Shown piece after piece: positions 28,852 to 44,680 of a DNA stretch of 64,000 nucleotides. The position numbers and the translations under genes are program-made. Source of the stretch: Eledone cirrhosa (taxonomy: Eukaryota); contig OZ024747.1 in the NCBI GenBank assembly GCA_964016885.1, forward strand, positions 73,160,001 to 73,224,000. The letters are read 5' to 3'. The notes beneath the pieces were generated by a model that worked only from the letters and a program-made list of their open reading frames with translations, did not search any database and had not been told where the DNA came from. Numbering within the stretch: the stretch's first letter is position 1; the number at the start of each line of letters is the position of its first letter.

Positions 28852-29173
28852 ATTGAAATTAATTCTTGTGACTTTTGACTATTAATTCCTATTTGCATAA
28901 TTATAAGGAATACTGTTTAAACTAATATTTTGGAATTCATTATAGTGATTGCAGTTCTATGAATGCATTTATTGTTGTAGGTTAAAAGAGTCACGTGATC
29001 TTCAATTAGTTCTTCTCCTTCTCTTCCCTAACATGGCTTGATAGAGATGTCGTGTTCTTCTTACCAGCGAATTTAAAGGTAGATTAAATTGATTGAAGGA
29101 AACCATGGTTAGAAAATGTAATCATGCTTAATTAACAGACTAATTAACGCATACGTATGTGCACACACACACA

Positions 29174-29345
<172 letters not shown>

Positions 29346-29995
29346 ATGTATAAATTAGAAACTAACTAATACAGCGTCCACTGTTTCAACATATGAGAGC
29401 GGAGATGCAATAGACATGGAATATCGTAATCTAGGTTTCGTAATTTTAATTTCTATCTAATTAGATAATGGTTTTTAATTGAAATTCTTAATCATTAAGT
29501 TTCTATGAGCTTGCTTTCATTCTCATGTATCACGTCGCTTGCGAAAGTAATTAGCATTTGATTGCATTCACCCTCCTTTTCTTTCACGAATTCCATTAAA
29601 GTGTTAACTTTAACAAATCAATCTATCCCTCAGCCAACAAACAAACCAACTAACTATTACAGTTACACACACACACAGGCAGATAGACAGACAGACGCAG
29701 ACACACAGACAGACACACAGACAGAGACACACAGACAGACCGACACACAGACAAACAGACAACACACAGGCACACACACAGACAGACACACATACATACA
29801 CACGCACACACACACAGGCAGACAGACACACACACACACAGACAGACAGACAAACAGACAGACACACACTGACACACACAGACAGACAGACACACATACA
29901 CACACACATACACACACACACACGCACACATACACACACGCACATACACACACGCTCATGAATATATTAATTTATTATGGCTGAGTAGTGAGTTT

Positions 29996-30195
29996 TGTTA
30001 CTCTGGAGTTTCACCGGCTCACAAGATCATCAGAGAAGACATGTATATATATATATAAGGATAAAAGATGAAATCGAAAATGCAACTGGAGTGAAAAAAG
30101 ACTCCAGTTGCATTTTCGATTTCATCTTTTATCCTTATATATATATACATGTCTTCTTTGATGATCTTGTGAGCCGGTGAAACTCCAGAGTAACA
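29996..30195. mobile_element. Nested palindrome: inner H8 3'-end fold-back inside TA, with symmetric outer flanks carrying a degenerate hammerhead
   Basis: Arms 29996-30092 / 30101-30195; the inner part matches the 3' end of family H8 (actccagttgcattttcgatttcatc); the outer part reads CTGATGA...GAAACTCCAGAGTA on minus. Confidence 0.7.
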
Positions 30196-30224
30196 TATAT
30201 ATATATATATAAATATATATATAA

Positions 30225-30689
<465 letters not shown>

Positions 30690-30693
<4 letters not shown>

Positions 30694-30851
30694 TTGGTTT
30701 TAAGAAACTTAAAACCAAAACTGAATACTAACCAATACTATTACTAATTTTTACTTATTCCTAATTAAACTATTTTTCACTGGGAACAATTTGTCAGCAT
30801 TTTCTTTTCCTTTTACCAATATATAACTCGTGTGTTACACCTCTATTCTTT

Positions 30852-30855
<4 letters not shown>
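30690..30855 (+). mobile_element. Short PLE-like 3' fragment with 15-bp fold-back (family H9)
   Basis: agttttggttttaag-aaa-cttaaaaccaaaact, followed by sequence homologous to 43653-43810 (reverse complement); lies in (TA)n. Confidence 0.75.
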
Positions 30856-30936
<81 letters not shown>

Positions 30937-30939
<3 letters not shown>

Positions 30940-31198
30940 AAAAAAAGATGAAATCGAAAATTCAACTGGAATCTTTTTTCATAAAAATATATATTTATTT
31001 GGTTCCTTTACCGGTTTCGCAGTTTTTCTGCTTTTCAAAAGCAGAAGAACTACGAAACCGGTAAAGGAACCAAATAAATATATATTTTTATGAAAAAAGA
31101 TTCCAGTTGCATTTTTGATTTCATCTTTTTTCCTAATACTTTCACTTTTGTAGGACACCTGGTTTCTTTTTCATTTTGTAAAAAGACCTCAGTTTCCA

Positions 31199-31201
<3 letters not shown>
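30937..31201. mobile_element. Fold-back PLE-like element in (TA)n with U3-A8 hammerhead (family H8)
   Basis: 95-bp arms 30941-31035 / 31037-31131 with apex at 31036; minus strand CTT-TTGAAAA-GCAG-aaaaa-CTGC-GAAA-CCG-GTA-AAG; tail to 31201. Confidence 0.8.
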
Positions 31202-31259
<58 letters not shown>

Positions 31260-31262
<3 letters not shown>

Positions 31263-31451
31263 TAGTGAAACGTCAGACGGTTATATCCAAAGTTGGTACA
31301 ACACTCAGTCCGAAGGACGAGTTGGGCATGAGAGTTAATTTCACAATTACCAAACCTTAAGTGAGATGACGCGTTTCACCTATTTGAAAATCCTCCTTAG
31401 GTGAAACGCTTGGTGTCAAGTCAGGTCTCTTCGTAATTGTTGTGAAATTAA

Positions 31452-31456
<5 letters not shown>
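31260..31456. mobile_element. Diverged fold-back PLE-like element with U3-A8 hammerhead (family H10)
   Basis: Imperfect arms at about 31330-31382 / 31398-31456; plus strand TTGAAAA(31384)-tCCT-cctt-AGGt-GAAA-CGCttgGT-GTC(31415); the minus arm has GAAACGCGTC. Confidence 0.6.
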
Positions 31457-31493
<37 letters not shown>

Positions 31494-31531
31494 TGATTTT
31501 AACGCCTATCGACAAACTTATGTATATATAC

Positions 31532-31660
<129 letters not shown>

Positions 31661-32397
31661 AGTTTGTCGATAGGCGTTAAAATCAATGTTTATTTCTATA
31701 TTATCGTGTTTACGAAATTATATTGCATATATTGAGACCTCAAGCAAGTCTTGGTGGGTCTGCCTTGTTTCCTACGCCCACCTTCTAGCTTCCATTCGAG
31801 GTTTGACCTCACTGGTCTCTTCGTGGCCCTACGCAGCACATGACTAAGAATTGAAGACATGTTCGTTGTTTCTATAACATATTTAATTAATGAAGGTAAG
31901 GTTGTTAGTAACTATGTAAAAGACATTTACTGTTCATATCGAATCATTATCATTCCATCATCTGTATTATTGATTTTTACGGTATCGCTTTCTGATAAAT
32001 GAGGCAAATTGCAAGGTATTTCTTCCAAATTCAATTTCTGAAATTAAAAAAAAAATCTAAACTCACATTTGACATTACCTTTAACTTTTCATCTGTTTTG
32101 CATGTTTTCAAATAATTGGTAAATTTCTTTAAATGTCCTTCTCTTTAAGAATTCAAGCGGAGATTTTTAGTATTTTGAATATGTAAACTACCTATTGATT
32201 AGTAGACTTAGGTGAAAATATGAACCATTAACAAATGTTTAACAATATCCACACATTTTCCAACCTGACTATATGGCTGCCTTAAAGGTAGAGATATAAA
32301 TATGTGATGTAGATATGGGCTCTATACTCATCCCGCTCTTTACAATTCTTTCATATCATTGCACTTATGAAGGTCTAAGACGGAAAAAGAATCTGTA

Positions 32398-32474
32398 GTT
32401 GGCTGCTATGAGGGATCGAACCCCATATCTCACAGATACCGGCTAGGCTCTTTTAAATATTAAGCTAAGGGACC
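32398..32474 (-). pseudogene. tRNA-like sequence (SINE head or tRNA pseudogene)
   Basis: Minus strand ggtcccttagcttaa... with T-arm gggGTTCGATccc; the acceptor and anticodon stems do not pair well. Confidence 0.45.
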
Positions 32475-33009
32475 GTGACTTGGATATACGGGATTCATTT
32501 GCTCATAACGACCGATGGCAGCTTCTTTTTCCGACTTTTAATGGTCTTCACCCTATTTTATGGGCGATGTCATAGTGTCTTTGTGCATGAGTATATCATT
32601 CTTTATATTAACTGATTTGAATACAGTGTTATTTAGTGATAACAGCGTTGGAACCACTGAAATACCAATTACGAAATGGTAAATAGTGTGTTAAACAAAT
32701 AGGTTTTATATATTCATGGTTTATTCTAATTTACCAATGTCCAGTAGAAAGAAATAATTTGATGAATAATTTTCCTCTTTAAATCTAGAAATTGTTGCCC
32801 TGGTATGCTGGCATTACGTAATGTATCATTTCACTTGCGCAACTGTACTCTCTACTTTCCTAGAACAATGACAGTAAAATTGTTGCATGATAAAGTATAC
32901 TCCTCAGTCATCATAAATAAAATCTCTTTTACCGAATACATTTATAAAATGATTACCATTTACTTCGTAAATAAAACATGTCTAAACCTAGTCTAAAGCC
33001 TGTCTCAAG

Positions 33010-33250
33010 TCAGGAGGCTGATCTGGTTGGTTCTTATCCCGGTTTCGTGGCGTGAAGTGGCTGAGCATACAAGACTCTGCCCTACATATAACGCCAGTCC
33101 GGTACAGGATTAAACCCTCATCTATTGCTCATACTCGTTTTCAGATGATTATACTTGAACGACTTGAAATGAAGTATCTTGCTCACGCGATCGAACCCAC
33201 GATATTATGATCTTAAGTCCAACACCCATACTACTAAGCCACGTGCTTCC
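33010..33250 (-). mobile_element. tRNA-derived SINE (family S3), diverged
   Basis: Reverse complement gaagcacgtggcttagtagtatggg...tgggttcgatc...gagcaagatacttcatttc; related heads at 34925-34960, 41653-41855 and 42179-42420 (+). Confidence 0.6.
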
Positions 33251-34124
33251 ACAAATAGAAATAAAATATGTTTTCTTTCTACAATATACAGAGCTAGAAA
33301 ATTGTTGAATTGTATTATCGTACTGTGGTGAGTGCCACATTCACACTGGATGTTTTGCAAGATCTTTGACTTGTAAATTCGGGAAGTGTTCCATATTTCT
33401 TTAGCCGGGAGCGTTCCATATCTTTTAACCAGGAGAGGGGATGGGCTCCACCACGTTTAAATAAAAGCCCTAGATACGTCATATATCAATAGAGCACCCT
33501 TATTACTCCACCAGGAGTTACGGGACCATACCTGAGTTTTCTAATCACCCCTTTAATGTAATAGCGTGTTTGATTAATTACTTTTCAAGAAACGTACATG
33601 AAGTCTCGGTGAAATAAATCAAGATGATGACCTTTGTATAAAGATGAATTGATGCGTTGAAAGAAATGTTAGGAAAGCCCCAAAGTGTAAAGTTTAATTC
33701 AGATTTACAAAGCATCTCTTGACTTTCACTTATATAGGGATTCTACAGTAACATGATGCAATATGTAGTCATAATGCTGGCAATGTAAATGTAACTGTTA
33801 ACAGATGCGGAATAAAATAATAAACAAATTTATTGAAACTGGAAAGCAAAATGCCTTTCATAATTTTAAGATTGCATAAAATGTGTAACATTTTAATAAA
33901 AGACAAACAAAAAAATGCCAACTCATGAAAACGTTTATTGTAATTGCGACATATATTTAATATTGAAAGATATATAATTTATAGCTATCGGCAGTTAGTG
34001 CGGTATATACACACAGACACTGGTGTTCATACTGACACCAATAGCAACACAGAGTCGAAGGAAAAGATGGATAGCAAAACGAGAAACAAAGTACATAGAC
34101 AGAAAGTGAATATATATGTATGTA

Positions 34125-34179
<55 letters not shown>

Positions 34180-34216
34180 ATGTATATATATATAATACAC
34201 ACCCGCTCACACACAC

Positions 34217-34276
<60 letters not shown>

Positions 34277-35969
34277 GAACGATCGAAAGGAAAATATATT
34301 GTATAAGAAAATATAAGAACTTTCCACTCAATAAATTTATTTATATTGAAAGAGAAAAGACATAAAAATGAGTGGATAGAAAACAGAGAGTAAATTTATT
34401 ATTAAGTTATATTAACAAGTCACATCTACAGTTTGATGTCATTTTCTTTATTTATTCAAAATAGTAGAAAATAATAAATCCATATATTTCTGAGACATGT
34501 AATTAAATAAAATATCATGTAATAAATATACAAGTGAAATAATTAAAAGAAATACTTCAAATAAATATAAATATCATCAACAACACTGATATTGTAATTA
34601 TATCCTGAAGCCCTGACACAGCGATATCTCAATAGAAATAGTTTTTCCTGGTTCGCTTCTAGCTGATCGATAATGAAATTCAATAGAATTATTATAACTT
34701 CTAGATCAATATTATTACATCATGCTTTTTGACATTTACCCACGGTGGTGTCTTGATTACTTTATTCCACTTTCTTGAATTTTTATTCATTATTAATTTA
34801 CTACAGAAGTGTTATTTATTTATTAGTTTAAAAAAACAATACGACAATTGCTTCAGAGTATGAGCCACCCAATATTTGAAATGGGATTTTTAACTTCATG
34901 TATGTATGTATGTTTGGGGGATATATGATTTAGTGGTTAGGGTGTTCGGCTCACGACCGTATTGTCCTGAGTATTTTGCTTTTAGAACTGTCTTAAATGT
35001 ATTTATATATTTATACACACAGTCCCCCATTTATCAATAAATACAGATACATTGTAGTAACTGGCCTTAATAATTATATTCAAACTCGTCCTATATACTT
35101 GAGTTGTCAGGTCACTCTTCAGCACTACTGGTAACATGTAACCTAGTACAACCTGTGCATGGTTGGGTCGTCGGCACCTAAACCAGCACCTCCACCAAGC
35201 TTGCTTTGTGAGGAGGGTAAATTTGGACAACCCGTGGGATGTAAAACAAAACCCATCAAAGGGCGGAGGAACCCAGGAGTCAACAGCTATCCAATGAAGT
35301 TTTTTTGTGGAGCGAGAGACTCCTAGTCCTCATTAAAACATCCCTCTAGGAGAATGTCAATCTGATATAAAACCTGCGAATTCCTCGGTGTTCAGAGAGT
35401 GGGATTGGCCCCGTGCAAAGCCTTTCCTCACTTAAAAAAGCTTCAAGCACAGGCATTGCTTGATATGTGACCCTTTTTTTGCGGTGCATATAATTGTTGG
35501 TCATAGCCGAGTCCATAGCAGAATTAAAATGTCACTATATATATATATATATGTAGAAGAGATATTTAATTTGTTGGAAATACTTACAACCATAATTCTT
35601 CATATAATTTTATAACTCATAATATAGGTAACAAAAATCTTTTCCCCCAAATTAACGTTATTCTTTTCTCTTTCTCTTCCTTCCTTATAAATATTTAAAT
35701 TTTCCATAGCGTCTAAAATAACGTTTTTTCAGCCCTTTTCATACCCATATTAATAATTTTAAATATCTGACTTTTTTTTTCTCTTCCCTTCACTTTCCAG
35801 GGATAACTTGAATCGTTAAGGTATATTATCCTTGGTCATGTCAAATATTTATAAACATTTTGTATTTTATCTGACGATAGCGTACCAAAAATTTTTGATA
35901 CCCTTGAAATATATATAATAGAATAAATATGATTTTATAAATATAGTTTCCATTTATTTAATATCATTG

Positions 35970-36001
<32 letters not shown>

Positions 36002-36005
<4 letters not shown>

Positions 36006-36360
36006 ATAACTAGAAATTGATTAACATATAAATATACATGAATAATCACAGGAGATAATTTTTGCACGCGTGTAACCACGCATAGCTAGTTTGGGTAATA
36101 ATTAAATTTATACCTTTAAGTATGATTAAAGGTATAAATTTAATTATTACCCAGACTAGCTATGCGTGGTTACACGCGTGCAAAAATTATCTCCTGTGAT
36201 TATTCATGTATATTTATATGTTAATCAATTTCTAGTTATTATAAAATGCTCGGATTTAACTTTGAGCTTAATTTCCAGGCGATATGGCGCATGCCATTAT
36301 GACATGACACCCACAATTTCGATTTAGATTAAATTCATTTAATTTATTTTATCTTAATTT

Positions 36361-36362
<2 letters not shown>
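36002..36362. mobile_element. Fold-back element in (TA)n (family P7, copy 2)
   Basis: Arms 36002-36119 / 36126-36243 with 1 mismatch; tail aaatgctcggatttaactttgagctta to 36362. Confidence 0.8.
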
Positions 36363-36418
<56 letters not shown>

Positions 36419-36585
36419 TTGATTAAAAGAACTGGTGGTGTTTTTTATTTGTGATAACACTTCGAATATATTTAATTCAAAACATTAATAACAACATATA
36501 AAAAGTTAACTATCTTTTTAAATTTCTGTCCAGGGTCACAGCAGATGCATCTATATATACATATATGTCTATCTATCCATCTACT

Positions 36586-36699
<114 letters not shown>

Positions 36700-37239
36700 A
36701 TATATAAATATATATATATATAAATATTTATATATATACACACATACTTCAATACATTTTCCACCACATAAACGAAACACTTTCATTGGAGTTTAGATGG
36801 CATCAAATCTGTAATTGTGTATGTCTCACTGCCTGGGTATCAATGTGTAGGTATGGATGTCATTGGATGTATGGGTCTGTATGTTACATATATACATATA
36901 CATATGTTTATATATCTATACTGCCTGTACGTGTGTATATAAGCAGTTAATAGAGGTTTAACCTCTGGAATGTTATACATACTTTTCCAGTTCAGTTAAT
37001 GGAATGTATGTGTAATTTCCTAATCAACCTCGCTCTATGAAGCCCAGCTTCTCAAGACTTCTGCTGAGGTAGTAGGTGTGTATGTGTGTATGTGTATGTG
37101 TGTGTGTGTATTTATTTGTGTGTGTATGTATGTATGTATATATGTTTGTGTCTATTTATGTACGTATGTATGTCCTTTCTTTTATAAAACTTTTATGGTA
37201 AGATTTGAATGCAATAAAAGATGAATATATATATATACG

Positions 37240-37270
<31 letters not shown>

Positions 37271-37271
<1 letters not shown>

Positions 37272-37454
37272 GTTATTCCGGGTTGAATCGGAGGTAACCA
37301 CAGTAAGTAAGGTACTCAATACATAGCAGAGTATAAAAGTTTTAATATAGATGAGATTCTACAGGACTAGAACTGTTTCATTCTTTAGAAATCATCATGA
37401 TTTCTAAAGAATGAAACAGTTCTAGTCCTGTAGAATCTCATCTATATTAAAACT
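37271..37454. mobile_element. Fold-back PLE-like element (family H6, copy 2)
   Basis: 58-bp arms 37338-37395 / 37397-37454; the apex at 37396 lies inside TGATGA; tail 37271-37337. Confidence 0.8.
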
Positions 37455-37477
37455 ATATATATATATATATATATATA

Positions 37478-37604
37478 CGTTATTCCGGGTTGAATCGGAG
37501 GTAACCACAGTAAGTAAGGTACTCAATACATAGCAGAGTATAATAGTTTTAATATAGATGAGATTCTACAGGACTAGAACTGTTTCATTCATTAGAAATC
37601 ATCA
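37478..37604 (-). mobile_element. PLE-like element (family H6, copy 3), no inversion
   Basis: Minus strand starts TGATGAtttctaatgaatGAAACagttctaGTC directly after TA and runs to the same tail end. Confidence 0.8.
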
Positions 37605-37796
37605 TATATATATATGTATAATATATATATATATTCATTTTTTATTTGTTTATATATATATATATTTATATATACATACATATATATTATATATAAATAT
37701 TATCTTATATATGTGATATATTATATATAATATACATACATATATATATAAATTAATTTTCCTCTCATTCTTTCCAGCTGTTCGCCTTTTGTTTGT

Positions 37797-37857
<61 letters not shown>

Positions 37858-37877
37858 GCCTGTGGCAAATAAAGATC
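37858..37877 (+). mobile_element. Ultra-short Tx1 3' terminus after (CTAT)n
   Basis: gcctgtggcaaataaaga resembles the termini at 718-735 and 3780-3800. Confidence 0.5.
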
Positions 37878-38117
37878 TCTCTCTCCCCTCTCTCTATCTA
37901 TCTATCTATCTACCCGTCTATCTGTCTATCTGTCTGTCTGTCTGTCTGTCTGTCCCCCATACACACTCTCCCGTTCTCACACATTCACTTTGCCTGTCTA
38001 ATTATAGATGTGCCGCGCTATAAACAATATATTTTATGGCTAGCTTCGTAACTAGGCATGACGTAATACTCTATATATTGTGATGAATAGAATAGGACAG
38101 ACTGGAGAGAGAGAGAG

Positions 38118-38153
<36 letters not shown>

Positions 38154-38302
38154 GAGGAGAGGAAGAGAGAGAGATAGAAAGGAAGAGATATGAGGAGAGG
38201 AAGAGAGAGAGAGAAAGAAGGAGAGAGAGGAGATAGATATGTGGAGAGAGGGAGAGATATATAGATAGATAAGCAGAGAGAGAAGCAAAGATCGATCGAT
38301 AG

Positions 38303-38333
<31 letters not shown>

Positions 38334-38778
38334 GATAGATAGATAGTAGATAGATAGATAGTAGATAGATACATCGATATATAGAGAGAAAGCGAGGGAG
38401 AGAGAAAGAAAGAGATAATGGTTGATGGAGAGAAAGAATGAGAGACACGAAACATGATACCCCCTCCACAATTAATAGTGACATTGACAGGAAAACGGAG
38501 GTAGAATTATAGAGCTGAGATTGGCTTCTGTTTAAAAGTGCTCCAGCATGACAATATATATCAGGAACAAGTTTTACCAACGTAGTTTAGAGGATAATAG
38601 GTTACATATGAGGGTGATTTGGCTGCTATTTCTAGCGGATAAAGCGAGCACAAAGAGATTCCATAATTGAAAGAATTGCCGAAGTGTTTATGTGTGTATA
38701 CACGCGCATGTATGTATATGTTAATATATGTATAATGAGCTTTTGTAGAAGTTTTGTTATTGAGGTGTGCATATGAGT

Positions 38779-38907
<129 letters not shown>

Positions 38908-39553
38908 TGTGCGTGCAATTTATCGTAAGTATGCGCGTATATTTCTGAAAGTGTGCGTGTGGCAGTATCGTCTTGAGCGTGTGAATGTTGCTGGAAGTAG
39001 GTATGTATGTATGTATGTATGTATGTATGTATGTATGTATGTATGTATGTATGTATGTATGTATGTATGTATGTATGTATGTATGTATTTATGTATAAAT
39101 TTATGTATGTTTGCATGTATTTATAAATTTATGTATGTGTGTATGCATGTATATATGTATGCATATGCATTATGTCTGCATGTATTTATAAATTTATGTG
39201 TGTATGTATGTATGTATTTATAAATTTATGTGTGTATGTATGTATACACGTAAGTATAAATGTATGTATGTATATACAAATAAAATATAGAGTTATTAAC
39301 TCATATAGATGTATGTATGTATGTATGTATGTATGTATGTATGTATGTATGTACATGCAAAAGTACATGAACTCCAACCACAGCCGGCTATTCCCAGTGA
39401 ATTTTGTTGCGCTGTTAGTTGCTATCGTGTGTGTGTATGTATAGATATGTTTATGTGTGTGCGTGTGTGTGTATATATATATATATATGTATATTATTAT
39501 TGTTGTTGTTGTTGTTATTATTGTTGTTATTATTATTATTATTGTTATTAAAA

Positions 39554-39629
<76 letters not shown>

Positions 39630-39981
39630 CTCGTGCAATGGCCATACTCGATAACGAGGGGGCAGCCATCATGAATGTATGTATGTATGTATGTATGTAT
39701 GTATGTATGTATGTATGTATGTATGTATGTATGTATGTATGTATGTATGTATGCATGTATGTATACGTGCGAGCGTCTGTACGTATGTGTATTTTTATGT
39801 TGTGTGAGATAAAGTACTGAATGAGCTTGTAGGAGGATGTAAATAAGTGCAACACCTGAGTGTGAGTCTGTATGCAGGCGAGTACGTGTGCATATACGAA
39901 TGTGTGTGTAAGTGTGTATATATGTCTCTCTGTGTGTAAATGTAAGCATGGTAAACAGATGTGGTCGTTCGTTGTGTAAAC

Positions 39982-41215
39982 AACAGGTGTATATATGACT
40001 GTGGTAGCAGTAACAGGTGTATATATGACTGTGGTAGCAGTAACAGGTGTATATATGACTGTGGTAGCGGTAACAGGTGTATATATGACTGTGGTAGCAG
40101 TAACAGGTGTATATATGACTGTGGTAGCAGTAACAGGTGTATATATGACTGTGGTAGCAGTAACAGGTATATATATGACTGTGGTGGCGGTAACAGGTGT
40201 ATATATGACTGTGGTAGCAGTAACAGGTGTATATATGACTGTGGTAGCAGTAACAGGTGTATATATGACTATGGTAGCAGTAACAGGTGTATATATGACT
40301 GTGGTAGCAGTAACAGGTGTATATATGACTGTGGTGGCGGTAACAGGTGTATATATGACTGTGGTGGCGGTAACAGGTGTATATATGACTGTGGTAGCAG
40401 TAACAGGTGTATATATGACTGTGGTAGCAGTAACAGGTGTATATATGACTGTGGTAGCAGTAACAGGTATATATATGACTGTGGTGGCGGTAACAGGTGT
40501 ATATATGACTGTGGTAGCAGTAACAGGTGTATATATGACTGTGGTAGCAGTAACAGGTATATATATGACTGTGGTGGCGGTAACAGGTGTATATATGACT
40601 GTGGTAGCAGTAACAGGTGTATATATGACTGTGGTAGCAGTAACAGGTGTATATATGACTGTGGTGGCGGTAACAGGTGTATATATGACTGTGGTGGCGG
40701 TAACAGGTGTATATATGACTGTGGTGGCGGTAACAGGTGTATATATGACTGTGGTAGCAGTAACAGGTGTATATATGACTGTGGTGGCGGTAACAGGTGT
40801 ATATATGACTGTGGTAGCAGTAACAGGTATATATATATCTGTGGAAGCAGTAACAGGTGTATATATGACTGTGGTAGCGGTTACAGGTGTAATATTACAG
40901 TGGTAGCGGTTACAGGTATATATATGACTGTGGTGGCGGTAACAGGTGTATATATGACTGTGGTAGCAGTAACAGGTGTAATATTACAGTGGTAGCGGTA
41001 ACAGGTGTATATATGACTGTGGTAGCAGTAACAGGTGTATATATGACTGTGGTAGCAGTAACAGGTGTATATATGACTGTGGTAGCAGTAACAGGTGTAT
41101 ATATGACTGTGGTAGCAGTAACAGATGTATATATGACTGTGGTAGCAGTAACAGGTGTAATATTACAGTGGTAGCGGTTACAGGTGTAATATGACTGTGG
41201 TGGTAGATACAGGTA
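39982..41215. repeat. 30-bp minisatellite, about 40 units
   Basis: Unit aacaggtgtatatatgactgtggtagcagt with ggtggcgg, aggtat and 29-bp variants; decays rightwards into (AGT)n. Confidence 0.97.
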
Positions 41216-41452
41216 TAATAATATAGTAGTAGTAGTGGTGGTTACAGGTATAATACGAGAGGAGCGATGGTGATTACAGGTGTATTACTATAGTAACAGT
41301 GATAGTAGCATGGGTGGCGGTAAAAGAAATACCTGGAGTGTAGCAGTGGTAGTAGTGGGAGTAATGTGATAGTAGTGGTAGTAGTAGGAGTAATGTGATA
41401 GTAGTGGTAGTAATAACAATGTGTTGTAGGTAGACAGTGATTGTGTAATGTG

Positions 41453-41506
<54 letters not shown>

Positions 41507-41997
41507 ATAGTAGTAATATAGTAGTAGTAGTAGTAGTAGTGTTAGTAGCAATAGGTAGACAGTGGTAGGTGTAACATGCGAGAATTAGTAGTAGTAGCAG
41601 GTGTTATTTTAGTGGCAGGTGTTTTTGTAGCAGACATAAAGTTACACCACAAAGGCGCGTGGCTTAACAATTAGGATATTTGGCTGAAGATCACAAGGCC
41701 GTGAGTTAGATTCCGGATAGCACGTTATGTCCATTAGCAAAACCCATTATTTCGCATGTCTCCAGTCCACACAACTGGTGAAACTGACTTGGACCTGTAA
41801 ATTCAAAGAGCCAGCGTTGCATCCCACTGTTTCATCCTGAATCTCCCTGAGAATTAAATGATCTCTATACATGTGTGCGAAAAGCTCAGCCACTCACTAT
41901 CTGTTGCGTTGTTCGAATTATGCACACTTTGATTACCTCTACACCCTATATATATATATATATATATACATATACTACTGCTACTATATATATATAT

Positions 41998-42066
<69 letters not shown>

Positions 42067-42508
42067 AGAAGAGAAACTCAGCAAAGAGTAGAAACAAGCA
42101 AAGTATCCGAGGTTCTAACAACTCTACCAATTCGCCGCGGGAGAGGAATGTTGTCAACTAAATCAAGATTGTGAACCTACGTGGATCACTGATTAGAGTG
42201 TGTGCTTCACGGTTCTACAGTCGTAAGTTCGATTCTCGGCCGCGTATTGTGTTCCCGAACAAGAGACTTCATTTCACATTGCAAAAGCTGGCAAAAATGA
42301 GTTGTATCTGTAATTAAAAGTTTCAGCCTTGTTACACACTGATTCCCATTGAATCTCCCTGAGAACAACATTAAGGGTACAGGTGTCTATGTAATGCATG
42401 ACCAGTTGCACGTTAATTTGACCTTAATTCCACTAACCACTGACTTCTAATGGACACCAGAAAAGGGAAATTGAAATGGAATTCCAACCGGACATGAGTT
42501 TGGTAACC

Positions 42509-42713
42509 ACGAAGGTCGGCTGAGAAGTTCAAAGTTCATAGGTTGACCAAGATACTCTCATGGAATGACCAAATGAGATTTATTTTTCAATATATTTCTC
42601 GGAAAGAAACAATGCAGTTATCAATAATAAGATTTATTAATGCAGACAAGATTTCACTGCTGTAACACCATTCCTTCATAGTCAGCCTATGAACTTTTCT
42701 GTCTACCCTCGTA
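42509..42713. mobile_element. Mariner/Tc1-type MITE (copy 2)
   Basis: TIRs acgaaggtcggctgagaagttc... / ...gtcagcctatgaacttttctgtctaccctcgTA. Confidence 0.75.
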
Positions 42714-42937
42714 GAGGAATGATACTCGATACTGTATTTAGTATGATCACCAAACAATTTCTCCTAGCACACACACCTATATATATACATACATATATAT
42801 ATATACATACATACATATATACATGTATGTATATATATATGTATATATATATATATGTATATATATGTATATATATATGCATATATATACATATATATAT
42901 ATGTGAGAAAAACCACAGACCCTCCATCTCAACTCTA

Positions 42938-42973
42938 CTTTTGAAAAGCAGAAGAACTGCGAAACCGGTAAAG
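42938..42973 (+). ncRNA. Minimal hammerhead ribozyme motif, U3-A8 variant (family H8, non-inverted copy about 42903-43045)
   Basis: CTT-TTGAAAA-GCAG-aagaa-CTGC-GAAA-CCG-GTA-AAG; palindromic ACCGGT stem III. Confidence 0.7.
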
Positions 42974-43045
42974 GAACGAAATAAATATATATATTTAAAA
43001 AAAAAATAAGACTCCAGTTGCATTTTCGATTTCCTCTTTTTTTTC

Positions 43046-43530
<485 letters not shown>

Positions 43531-43552
43531 TATATATATATATTATATATAT

Positions 43553-44145
<593 letters not shown>

Positions 44146-44680
44146 CATGATATAACAAACGTTAAACTGATTTATGATATAACTTATGAAAATCAGAAAA
44201 GAAAATGAGATGAGATTAGGTGAAATATTTTCGGCGATTATGCTGGCTTTTCAATCAGGCTTTTCATTCAGGCGTAATAAGTAAGACTCCTCAGTCTTTT
44301 TGAATGCATAACATACGGCAATAAATGGACTCTTCGTTTAGTATTGTTAAAGACATTAATAACATTCCTATATCCATCGGAATTTTGAACACTAGAAATT
44401 CTAATAAATATGAACATTAGTTTCTTACAGATTTATTGCCTAGATAAAAAAAAAGTATTTCCATTTAGAGATTAACATAATCTATATCTGAACTTGAAAT
44501 AATGATGTCTAAATGTGGCATAAATATAATGATAATCATGCTGGCGTCACTTGAGGAGCAGAAAACCATATATTTGACTAATTAAGATTATAGTCTGAAT
44601 AAGCATTATTATATGTGGAGGTTTTCATACAGTAAAAAGAGCAACATCAAATACACTCGCATCAAGATATATATATATAT

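Noticed and set aside
32398-32474. Functional tRNA gene
   Set aside because: Only the T-arm/B-box is intact and the cloverleaf is incomplete, so it is reported as a tRNA-like relic
39961-40995. 344-aa Cys-rich repeat ORF (NRCIYDCGSS)n and the parallel (MTVVAVTGVY)n ORF
   Set aside because: By-product of a 30-bp unit; two frames are open, 29-bp units break the frame, and there is no unique coding flank
39982-41215. CRISPR-like regular array
   Set aside because: Units are contiguous with no unique spacers; eukaryotic context and no cas genes
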